The notes under the pieces: generated by a model
What the model was told of the DNA's origin: nothing
Databases searched by the model: none
Seen by the model: the letters and a program-made list of their open reading frames with translations, nothing else
Translations under genes and position numbers: made by a program
Part shown: in pieces, positions 19,517 to 28,296 of the stretch
Numbering within the stretch: position 1 is the first letter of the stretch
Layout: every line of letters begins with the position of its first letter
Source of the DNA: Prochloron sp.
Lineage (GTDB): Bacteria > Cyanobacteriota > Cyanobacteriia > Cyanobacteriales > Prochloraceae
Direction of reading: 5' to 3'
Length of the DNA: 64,000 nucleotides
Assembly (NCBI GenBank): GCA_965198675.1
Contig: OZ240666.1
Span: forward strand, 4,644,776-4,708,775

Positions 19517-20677
19517 CTACCTCTGTGAATTTATACTTGCTGCTGAAGTACGCTTTTGTAATTCCTCCATTAAATATTCCATTTCTTCAGCTTCATTTTC
19601 ATAGCGTCCTTCTCTACGACACCACCTTAGTACCTCCCGTAAGTTTTCCTCTTCTTCCTCTAGTTGGTAGTAATTACTCCAATTGTCCAAATCTGACCCA
19701 CTATATTGCTGGGCCAACCTTAGATACCAGTTCACCCAACGCTTCCGTGCTCCTTCCTCGAAATCAGGGTTACCAGTAAGTTCATCTAAGACGTACTCCC
19801 GGGTGAGAGGGAGCATAGAATAGCGTTTATTGTTTTGACTGATAAGGGAAAATTGCAGTAGTTGAGCTAAACCTTTACCCACGGAGGAGTCATTTTGCTG
19901 TAAACCAGCTACTTCAGCTATAGCTTCTTTCACAGGAGGATTCGGGAAAATTGCCAAAGACATGAGGAGTCGGTGTGAGAGTGTTCCCCTGAGGGGTTCC
20001 ACCGAACTTGCAAAGCAATATCTCCCTAAATCTTCAGGAAAGGGTACTTTCTCATCCAATAAGACGTCTAGTGGGTAGCGACTCGCCAACTGACCCACCC
20101 CATAGATTAAAGCACCGGGAACGCCGCCAAAACGCCTATAAATCTGCTGGCATTCCTTCTCAGTCAGTGGGACTCCTTTTTCCCCAGCTTGTTGCTGAAT
20201 CAACTGGATACTATCCTCTTCAGATAAAGAATCCAAATAAATTGAACTATATCCTGCCGCTGTTTCCCGAGTGGTAATCACCCCTTTAGCACGACGGGGT
20301 AGTTCGTTCAGAAAACGGAGAACCTCTTCTTGATTCTGAATCCTCTCGAAACTATCCACAATCAGGAGGGTATTTTGTTCCCCCAGCTTCTTTTTTACCA
20401 GTTCCTCTTGCTTCTCCGGCTTGGTTTGGATAATGGATTGGTCTTTCAAGGTGTTAGCAATGTCCCGGAAAATCTCCTTCAGGGTAATCCCTACCTGTTT
20501 TCCGGGGAGGATTCCCTGGGGCAAAAGTTGATTTTTCTTAGCCTCCGTGAAGATAATAGCATCAAAATCGGGAGTTTCCTCAGTTTTCTCACCATGGTTG
20601 AACTCCCAACAGCGGTATGCAGCTTCCACCACCAATGCTGTTTTACCCACTCCCCCCATGCCACCAATGTTAATATA
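19517..20677 (-). pseudogene. STAND NTPase copy B, 3' portion (TPR region deleted)
   Basis: GGMGGVGKTALVVEAAYRCWEFNHG... is highly similar to copy A. It jumps from ...REGRYE directly to NEAEEMEYLMEEL, so the roughly 250-aa TPR region of copy A is absent. Confidence 0.8.
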
Positions 20678-21579
20678 GAACCCATTTGAGATCTTTTTAA
20701 GTAGTGGCTAGCCTTTTAAGCATCAGTCGGACAAAACATAGACTAATCTTGGTATTAGCCTGCTCAAGAGTCCTTTCAAAGTTTTTGACCAAACTCTTGC
20801 ATCTTTCCATCCACGAATTAGTTCTTTCAATCACCCACCGCGCTTTTACTGGCACAAAACCGGTTTTTCCTTCCTTTTTCTTTTGAGCTTTTGATGGTTT
20901 ACGGGAGACCTTAAATCTAATCTTAGTCATAATCGCCGGATAAATTTTATGTAATTCCTGGGTCAGTTTTTCTGGGTGATATCCATGGTCAAGCAAAATG
21001 GTAATCTTGGGGATGTTGACTGGTTTAGACTTGAAATAATCTATGTTTTTCGATAACATTTCAATCAAACCCACATCGTCAGATACCGATGCTTTGGTGC
21101 AATGACTAAAAAAAGGAAAGCCCAAAGTATCTACTGCTAGATGTCTTTTAATACCATTGGTAGACTTGTAAAAACAAAACCCTTTCGACTTTACACTGGC
21201 GTTACAGGTATTTTTTACCGCTTGGGAGTCAATGATGATTAGGGTTGTCCATTGCCCTTTTTTTTTAACTTGCTGACGGACTCTACTATGCAAGATATCT
21301 CTGATTGCTTCGATTACTCCAAGCGATCGCCACTGTTTGTAGTACCAAAATACTGTGGAATAGGGGGGCAAGTCTTTGGGTAAGTCACACCAATTACAAC
21401 CATTCTTTAATTGGTACAAGATACCATCTAAAATCTGCCTTTTACTCCATTTTGGTGGTCTTGTCTGTTTCTTTTTGGGCAACAGAGGTTCTATTATTTT
21501 CCACTCCCCGTCTGTCAAACTACTTGAGTACGGCATTTTTTCCCTATTTTACTCCACAACAGAGATCTCAAATGGGTTC
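20678..21579 (-). mobile_element. IS5-family insertion sequence
   Basis: Perfect 17-bp terminal inverted repeats GAACCCATTTGAGATCT (20678..20694 and 21563..21579) are flanked by a 4-bp TATA duplication (20674..20677 and 21580..21583). Confidence 0.85.
20697..21536 (-). CDS. IS5-family DDE transposase
   Basis: 279 aa; MPYSSSLTDGEWKIIEPLLP...ILDGILYQLKNGCNWCDLPKDLPPYSTVFWYYKQW...IDSQAVKN...DHGYH...VIERTNSW, typical of the family. Confidence 0.9.
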   Translation of the reverse strand: MPYSSSLTDGEWKIIEPLLPKKKQTRPPKWSKRQILDGILYQLKNGCNWCDLPKDLPPYSTVFWYYKQWRSLGVIEAIRDILHSRVRQQVKKKGQWTTLIIIDSQAVKNTCNASVKSKGFCFYKSTNGIKRHLAVDTLGFPFFSHCTKASVSDDVGLIEMLSKNIDYFKSKPVNIPKITILLDHGYHPEKLTQELHKIYPAIMTKIRFKVSRKPSKAQKKKEGKTGFVPVKARWVIERTNSWMERCKSLVKNFERTLEQANTKISLCFVRLMLKRLATT

Positions 21580-22180
21580 TATAGGGAGCACGGTAGTCTA
21601 GGTCCATATATTTTAGTAGTTGTTTTAGTTCTTCTTCCCTACCGATAAAGTCATTGGTTTGACTGGGTAAGTTTTGCAGGGGAAGGGAACGGAGGTAGTT
21701 GCGGTTATATTCATATACTTGGTAGGTGGAGGATTCTTTCCCAGCTTTGCGTCGTTTCCACTCCTCATCGAAATATCTCAGATTGGTCTTTTTATCCTTT
21801 GACTGTAGCTTAAGGGTAAAGTCCCAGCTCTGAGAACGCCTGGAGTTCGGGCGGTTATCTGTCAAAATACCGACAAAATTCTCCAGACGCTTGATTGCTT
21901 CTCGAATGTGCTCTTTAGTTAACTTTCCAGGTTGTGAGTCTTTGGCAGTAAGTTCTTCCAGAATCCTCAGTTTCGTGTGAACTACCAGCTGCTTATACCC
22001 TTTCCAAGTATAGACTATGTCCAGTTGCTCGCCGCCGGAAATGTCATCGTTCACATAATCCAGCAACGCTGCTAATAACCGCCTCGTCCGCGCTTGAATT
22101 GTATACCCGTAGGAAATTCGCCCCATAGCTTTACTCTTTATTTTAGGAAAAAAGTTTGGTGCTCCCAAAACTATCCCCAA
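21580..22180 (-). pseudogene. STAND NTPase copy B, 5' portion (N-terminal domain of unknown function)
   Basis: ...FIGREEELKQLLKYMDLDYRAPY joins in frame to INIGGMGGVGKT once the IS and one TATA copy are removed. Confidence 0.75.
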
Positions 22181-22899
22181 CCCTAAATCTGTTTATCTCT
22201 AAAGTACTCATTCTAAGTTTACCACACTTCCAGCGCTTTGACAAACCTGTTTGCTTTCGGTGACACCCAGAAATTTATCTTGGTGTTGTTCAATGAGATA
22301 TGAGGTATGATGAGTAAAGAGCAAGTTATCCATTCTGAGGTTAGCCCAGGACTTATCTTCCCCATCGGCTTGATTCTATTTATTAGAAAATTTCCTAAGA
22401 GAGGAAGACGATCAAACACTCTCCGTGTCAGCTAAAGAGGCGCGTCCCAAACAAGGCTGACACTTCCCCTCCTCAAACAGTGACCAGGACGCCAAGGGCG
22501 GGACGCCAAGGGCGGTTGCTTGCGCAAAGCTTCGCAATACCAGTTACCAGTTACCAGTCCTGCTCATGCCAACCGGGGCAGTCAGGCAGTTACCAGTCCT
22601 GCTCAGGCAAACCGGGGCAGTCAGGCAGGCGTCTGGTGCGGGGTTGGACCCACCCCCCGAGCCAAGCTCCCAGGAGGGGGGTTGGGGGGTGGGTTGCTGC
22701 ATAACTGCTAAAGGGTAAATTCTCTATTAACAATAATTCACATTTTAATTGTAGCACACACTACTGTATATGCTATGATATGATAGTGGATAGTAAAATA
22801 GGAAACAATCGATACAGAAATGGCTATACCAGAAGTTGCGCCAAAGGCGAATCTCCTCCTGACTTACCCGGTAATAAAAAAGAAGAGAAGGAGAAAACT

Positions 22900-23193
22900 A
22901 TGACAGACTCTAATTTTGAAACATTGAGAGAATTTACTACAGCCCTAGACAAGAACGTTGAAGTAGGTTTTGAAAAAGTTAATACCGGTTTTGCGGAGGT
23001 AAAAGGACAGATCCAACTCATTGACCAAAAAATTGAGCTGAAGATAGAAAGTATTGATTCAAAAGTAGATAGTTTGAGAGAGAATTCTGGAAAAAGATTT
23101 GGATATCTAGAAAAGTTAATTTATGCTATGATGGCCATGATAATACCTAGGTTTTTACTAACAGTAACTATTTTAATTAAACTATTCAATTAG
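22900..23193 (+). CDS. small tail-anchored coiled-coil protein, copy B
   Basis: MTDSNFETLREFTTALDKNVEVGFEKVNTGFAEVKGQ... plus a C-terminal TM helix; paralog of 19035..19316. Confidence 0.6.
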   Translation: MTDSNFETLREFTTALDKNVEVGFEKVNTGFAEVKGQIQLIDQKIELKIESIDSKVDSLRENSGKRFGYLEKLIYAMMAMIIPRFLLTVTILIKLFN

Positions 23194-23231
23194 GAGCTGT
23201 TTTTTGACAACTAAATGATTGCAAAGAGCTA

Positions 23232-23271
23232 TAAAAAAAAACCGGGTTTACCTTTTCGATGAAACCCGGTT
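23232..23271 (-). terminator. rho-independent terminator downstream of cpcG
   Basis: On the minus strand, the stem AACCGGGTTT/AAACCCGGTT is followed by a T9 run. Confidence 0.7.
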
Positions 23272-23294
23272 GATACAAGGAGTCAAACTTCTCG

Positions 23295-24065
23295 TTAAAC
23301 TTCTACTGGTTGTCCAGTCTTGCGATAAGGTACAGAGTCCATACTCACATTCATAGCTGAAACCCTGGGTACTGGATTGATCGCCGGACTGAGACTCCGT
23401 GCCATATCCAAATACAGAGCGGGATCGCCAGTTTTCGGCTGCTTGTCTTGGGGAATGTAGCGACGTACCGTAGTCTGCCAAATGATTTGGGGGAAACCCA
23501 AAACAGCGCGGTAATATCCGTCATAACGAGGAGATTTCACATTAAAGGGAATTTCACCCAGATCCCGACCGGGTAAGGACCGCCGTCGCTGATAGGGAAC
23601 GGTGTCGTAGCCAAAATTCTCCATGTACTCCTCACTGTTGAGGAGGTCGTCGATAAAAGCTTCATAGCCCTTAGAACCAATGACAACTCCCCAGGCGAGT
23701 TTTTCCCGCTCGTCGTAAATATCGCGCCCTAACACCCGCTGTACGGATTGCTCCACAAAGCGATAGTTGCTGTTAAGATTATAGAAGTTGCGCTTGTAGG
23801 TGTCGGAAAGCAAGAGTCCTCGAATAAAGTCCCGGACGGTTATTTGACCATAGCGAAGTTGGGATTCTAAAAAAGGCTCCCGATCGGACTTGAAGGCATG
23901 GAAGAAAATCTGACGATATGCAGCCTCAATCAGATTATCTATATCCCCTGAGTCCAGCAAGTTTTCTGCCGAGTAGATTACAGCCTGGTCGTCTCCGGCA
24001 ACTTCATAGCCGGATATCCGCTCGTTCTGGGTTTTCAAAGGATAGCTCAATAGAGGAATAGCCAA
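23295..24065 (-). CDS. cpcG: phycobilisome rod-core linker CpcG
   Basis: 256 aa; [22 protein letters not shown]...AAYRQIF...[19 protein letters not shown]...[18 protein letters not shown], a CpcG-type linker. Confidence 0.85.
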   Translation of the reverse strand: MAIPLLSYPLKTQNERISGYEVAGDDQAVIYSAENLLDSGDIDNLIEAAYRQIFFHAFKSDREPFLESQLRYGQITVRDFIRGLLLSDTYKRNFYNLNSNYRFVEQSVQRVLGRDIYDEREKLAWGVVIGSKGYEAFIDDLLNSEEYMENFGYDTVPYQRRRSLPGRDLGEIPFNVKSPRYDGYYRAVLGFPQIIWQTTVRRYIPQDKQPKTGDPALYLDMARSLSPAINPVPRVSAMNVSMDSVPYRKTGQPVEV

Positions 24066-24334
24066 ATTAAAACCTCCGTTATTTTAGGAATTAATGAACT
24101 ACTCCCGCCCGCTTGCGCGCTCGGCGGGAGTTTCTGACGCTTCTTTTTCCCTAGTTGCTTCTTGCTATAACGCAAGCGGTAGAGCTAGTGGAATCGACGT
24201 CTAAAGAGGCTAGTTCCTAACCCCACCTCAATAATAAGGGAGCAAGGGGGTTATTTTCTCAGAAATCTTATCAATTCTTAGCGATTCAGTCCTAGGTGAA
24301 GGGCTAGAATCCAAGACCTACCTACATTCAGGCA

Positions 24335-24919
24335 TTACCAACCCCTAAGGGAGTAATTGGATAAGGGTGCCTTTTGGACAGTATCTCCATCTCCTTCCTC
24401 TTGAACCCTGATCTCCGTACAAAAGGTTGCAGAGTTGAACCCGCCAAAACGTTTCACTGTACTAGTTCTCAGCCGCAGGTTCTGGGTTGCAAACCAGAAA
24501 CGCTCCATAATGCTCATGGTTTCATATTCCGTGATTAAAATCAAACCATCCTCTTTATCCATATGATAGCTACCGGCTATGGGGACGATTTCTGCATAGC
24601 CTCTTTCCCTAAGAAGCTTACCCTGCCTAGGTTTATCAGGGTCTGGTATAAGAGCGAATACCGTGGAACCTTCGTGATTCTCATCTTCTTTATCCCAGGC
24701 CATGGAACCGTCCCAACTGACGAATGCTCCCCCAATGGTAAGAGTTGGATCCACTTCGTGCATTTGGCATATTTCTACTACTTTTGGATGATTCGCCCCC
24801 AAAGCTTCCACAAAAATATCTGAATTTCCGGTTTCCGCACGTCGGAAAGGGAGATGATGGGTGGTGCGCTGCGATCGCCACTTACCAGCACTGTGCTGGA
24901 AAAATTCCATTGCGTCCAT
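24335..24919 (-). CDS. S/U-type phycobilin lyase (CpcS/CpeS family)
   Basis: MDAMEFFQHSAGKWRSQRTTHH... followed by a beta-barrel-family pattern ending ...RLRTSTVKRFGGF. Confidence 0.8.
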   Translation of the reverse strand: MDAMEFFQHSAGKWRSQRTTHHLPFRRAETGNSDIFVEALGANHPKVVEICQMHEVDPTLTIGGAFVSWDGSMAWDKEDENHEGSTVFALIPDPDKPRQGKLLRERGYAEIVPIAGSYHMDKEDGLILITEYETMSIMERFWFATQNLRLRTSTVKRFGGFNSATFCTEIRVQEEGDGDTVQKAPLSNYSLRGW

Positions 24920-25147
24920 TACTTAGCTCAATCTAAAGTTCTCGTTTAATTGTGCTTCTTATTACGGTTTTTGGCTAGCTTCTGGGCTATCTGTGTACTG
25001 CACCAATAGCAGAGGTCATGGGGACGAATAATAATATTAAATTATGTTAATTTGATTAATTAATGCTTGACAAGGTTGACGTTTTACTATCCACGTGTTA
25101 GATTGGTGTATAACTAGACATCTAGAACGAGAATTAGGAGGTTTCCC

Positions 25148-25315
25148 ATGACAACCCCAGGAAGTCTGAGCTTGGAGCAGCAATTCAAATTGCAAGTCTT
25201 GCGACAGCAGGTAAAAAGTTTGAGCCAGGAACAAGCGCAAGAATACGTCCTTGAGCTTTTCCGTCAGACCATGGTTAAAGAAAACCTATTCAAGCATTTG
25301 CTGAAGAATGCATAG
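25148..25315 (+). CDS. nblA: phycobilisome degradation protein NblA
   Basis: A 55-aa ORF below the track cutoff, preceded by AGGAGG: MTTPGSLSLEQQFKLQVLRQQVKSLSQEQAQEYVLELFRQTMVKENLFKHLLKNA. This is an NblA-like two-helix sequence. Confidence 0.75.
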   Translation: MTTPGSLSLEQQFKLQVLRQQVKSLSQEQAQEYVLELFRQTMVKENLFKHLLKNA

Positions 25316-25468
25316 GAGATGGTACGAGCTGGGAACTAGAAAATGGCTACTCTTTCCTAGTCATTCCCAGATCGCCATTCGTTCCGGCAAGGAATGCTAA
25401 ACTAGTAATAATTCTTTTATAATGAGGATTTAAGCGCCACCGCATGAGAAGCAGTACAATAGTGGGAA

Positions 25469-26752
25469 TTGAAACCGCAGCGAGTTCTCATGGATAAACG
25501 CTTTGCCAATTTATTTAATTTGACTGAAGAACAGGCGATCGCCCTGTTGCAAACTCCTTTGGAGCAATTAGAAGATGAGTCAGATCGCTACGTAGCTGCA
25601 TCTCACTTAAGGAACTTCCCCACAGAACGCTCAATAAATGCTTTAATTGCGGCGATAGAAGATAAGGAACCAGCTCTGTATAATCGCATCGCTCGTCGCA
25701 AGGCCGTGGAAAGCTTGGGACATTTGCAAGCAAGTGTAGCATTACCCACCATTTTAGCTTGTTTGGGGGATGAGGATTGTTATACGGTAGAAAATGCTGT
25801 TTGGGCCATCGGCGAAATCGGCACTGAGGAGGATGAAATTAAGGAAGAAATTGCCCAACTGCTGGAAAAACCGGGTCAAAATCATCGCCTCATCATGCAG
25901 ACTCTAGCAAAATTCAACTATCAACAGGCTCTAGAGCGGATTGAGCCATTTATTAACTCGGAAAGCGAACCAGTTGCTAGTGCAGCCATCGCCTCAGTGT
26001 GTCGTCTCACGGGAGATTACAGCAAGATGGAACTGGTTGTGGCTTTCCTGCAACATAGCAATGTGAATGCCCGGAGAAGTTGCATTCAAGACCTCATCGA
26101 TACTCAATATTACCCAGCCATTCCCGAAATTGTCAAATGTCCCGTTTCTCTGGTCTTTCGCTTACGGGCACTGCGACTCCTAGGAGAAACAGGTAGAGAA
26201 AATGGCCAACTCACTTTTGCCCAATTAGAACCTTATTTAGATACAGTAATTAGAGATTTTCCTGCTGACTTGGAGTTGGTTCACGAATACGACCAAACAC
26301 CTAGTCTGGAATTTGTGATTAATGAATTGTACCATACTGATTTCGGGCGCTGTTACCTGGGGAGTAAGACTCTACTGTCTGAGTATGGAGAGCAAGGGGG
26401 GGAAGCCCTCATGGCTACTTATACTGCTAAAGCTAGAAGTGACTATGGCGCTCACTATCATGTGGTAAAATTGTTGGGTTGGCTCCAATATGCTCCTGGT
26501 TACGATTTGCTGGTGGAAGCGCTACATAATAGGGCACCCCAGTTTCAGAAATCTCGGGCTGGTGCGGCGATCGCCTTGGGGAATTTGGGGGATAAACGAG
26601 CCATTCCGGAATTGAAAGCTAGTTTGGAGACAAAAATTTGGGACTTGAAATATGCCTCTTTGTTAGCATTGGAGCAGTTGGGAGATACAACGGGTCGTGA
26701 TATAGCTTGTAATGATGCAGACTGGTTGGTGAAAGCGAAAGCAATGGAATAA
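25469..26752 (+). CDS. cpeY: HEAT-repeat phycoerythrobilin lyase subunit CpeY-like
   Basis: 427-aa protein with E/Z-type HEAT repeats throughout. Its size and context match CpeY. The true start may be the internal MDKRF. Confidence 0.7.
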   Translation: MKPQRVLMDKRFANLFNLTEEQAIALLQTPLEQLEDESDRYVAASHLRNFPTERSINALIAAIEDKEPALYNRIARRKAVESLGHLQASVALPTILACLGDEDCYTVENAVWAIGEIGTEEDEIKEEIAQLLEKPGQNHRLIMQTLAKFNYQQALERIEPFINSESEPVASAAIASVCRLTGDYSKMELVVAFLQHSNVNARRSCIQDLIDTQYYPAIPEIVKCPVSLVFRLRALRLLGETGRENGQLTFAQLEPYLDTVIRDFPADLELVHEYDQTPSLEFVINELYHTDFGRCYLGSKTLLSEYGEQGGEALMATYTAKARSDYGAHYHVVKLLGWLQYAPGYDLLVEALHNRAPQFQKSRAGAAIALGNLGDKRAIPELKASLETKIWDLKYASLLALEQLGDTTGRDIACNDADWLVKAKAME

Positions 26753-26844
26753 TGAACCGCAGAGGCGCAGAGGACGCCGAGGTAAGAGGGGAGTTTGTAG
26801 GGTGGGCATTGCTCACCTAATTATATATTAGCTAAGGAGAGAAA

Positions 26845-27060
26845 ATGACCTATTATCTAAAATTTTCCAAACAAATTCAAAATCGTCTTTCCTTTTTTGC
26901 AAAAGAGACGGGTTGTAAAGAAGATGAAATCATTCAGACAGCAATATTAAAACATCTCGAAGATCTAGAAGATATTCGAGATGCTAAAGAAGTATTGAAA
27001 AATCCTGGCAAACAATGGACTTTAGAAGAGGTGGAACAAGGTCTTGACCTGGAAAATTAA
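26845..27060 (+). CDS. RelB/ParD-type antitoxin
   Basis: 71 aa; ...ILKHLEDLEDIRDAKEVLKNPGKQWTLEEV. It overlaps the downstream toxin gene. Confidence 0.6.
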   Translation: MTYYLKFSKQIQNRLSFFAKETGCKEDEIIQTAILKHLEDLEDIRDAKEVLKNPGKQWTLEEVEQGLDLEN

Positions 27061-27310
27061 ATTTGAAGATAAAGCTTTAAAGCAACTGAGAAAACTTGAT
27101 AATAATTCTCAAAACATAATTTTAAAATATCTCAGATCCCGCATTGGGACGCCAGAAAACCCAAAACGGTTTGGGAAAGCTCTTATAGGCGATATGAAAG
27201 GCTTGTGGCGCTATCGTGTAGACAACTACAGAATTATTTGTCGTCTAGAGGAAGATATTTTAACTGTCCTAGTTGTGAAAATAGGACATAGGCGAAACAT
27301 TTATGACTAA
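27044..27310 (+). CDS. relE: RelE/ParE-family toxin
   Basis: 88 aa; MTWKIKFEDKALKQLRKLD...LWRYRVDNYRIICRLEEDILTVLVVKIGHRRNIY. Confidence 0.8.
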   Translation: MTWKIKFEDKALKQLRKLDNNSQNIILKYLRSRIGTPENPKRFGKALIGDMKGLWRYRVDNYRIICRLEEDILTVLVVKIGHRRNIYD

Positions 27311-27449
27311 TGTTTCAGTCCGTAGGTTGGGTTGAAGAATGAAACCCAACCTACGGAACTAATATTTCAGACATTGCTCCTCCCTCCCTCTCTTCCAACT
27401 TGGCGCTGGCGGCGTTCCTGCAGTTTATTTCTTTATATGAGGTATTATA

Positions 27450-28238
27450 ATGCGTTCTCCTTTTCCCGGAATGGACCCCTATTTAGAGCATAGCGAGTTG
27501 TGGCCAGAAGTACATCATCGTCTGATTACGGCCATCGCCAATGCTATAGCCCCTCCTATTCGTCCTAAATATCGGATTGCCATAGAAAAGCGAACCTATC
27601 TCACTCACTTTGATGATTCTATCTTAGTGGGTATTCCTGATGTATCAGTATTCTCCCCCAAGTCAACCTCAAGTTCAACCTCTTCAGGTACCGCTACTTT
27701 ACCCCGCACCCCTGAAGCAGTAACCGTCACCCTACCTATACCCATAGAAGTAAAGGAAGGTTATTTAGAAATAAGGGAAGTAGCAACATCAAGAGTTGTA
27801 ACAGTAATAGAAATTATCTCTCCCACCAATAAAAGGGCTGGAAAAGGGCGCTCCGATTATGTAACCAAGCGAGAGCAGGTTCTCGGTAGTAGTACCCATC
27901 TGGTGGAGATTGATTTACTCCGGGGTGGAAAACCAATGCCAATTTTGGGGACTACTCCAAACACAGATTATAGAATTTTAGTAGCTAGGGGCGATCGCCG
28001 TCCCAACGCTGATTTCTATGGATTTACCTTGTCACAGCAGATTCCTAAGTTCTTGCTTCCTTTGCAGTCAGTAGATACGGAACCATTAGTGGACTTACAG
28101 AGATTGTTAGTTCAAGTGTACGAGGAAGCAGGATTTGAGTTAGCGGTAGACTACAATATAGAACCTATACCACCTCTCAAGTCAGAAGACAAGAATTGGG
28201 TGGATGCACTGCTGCGAGATAAACTTAATACACATTGA
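27450..28238 (+). CDS. DUF4058-family protein (Uma2-like putative PD-(D/E)xK fold)
   Basis: MRSPFPGMDPYLEHSELWPEVHHRLI...GIPDVSVF...VIEIISPTNK. Confidence 0.7.
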   Translation: MRSPFPGMDPYLEHSELWPEVHHRLITAIANAIAPPIRPKYRIAIEKRTYLTHFDDSILVGIPDVSVFSPKSTSSSTSSGTATLPRTPEAVTVTLPIPIEVKEGYLEIREVATSRVVTVIEIISPTNKRAGKGRSDYVTKREQVLGSSTHLVEIDLLRGGKPMPILGTTPNTDYRILVARGDRRPNADFYGFTLSQQIPKFLLPLQSVDTEPLVDLQRLLVQVYEEAGFELAVDYNIEPIPPLKSEDKNWVDALLRDKLNTH

Positions 28239-28296
28239 TTAACCAGACTTGATATTACCCCAAGTACGTGGTATATAATACCAAGTCTGTTCTTTC

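Noticed and set aside
24095-24135. GC-rich hairpin CTCCCGCCGAGCGCGCAAGCGGGCGGGAG between the S-type lyase gene and cpcG, considered as a terminator
   Set aside because: No U-tract follows it on the minus strand, and cpcG starts about 50 nt downstream. It could be a processing or attenuation structure, but I cannot support a terminator call.
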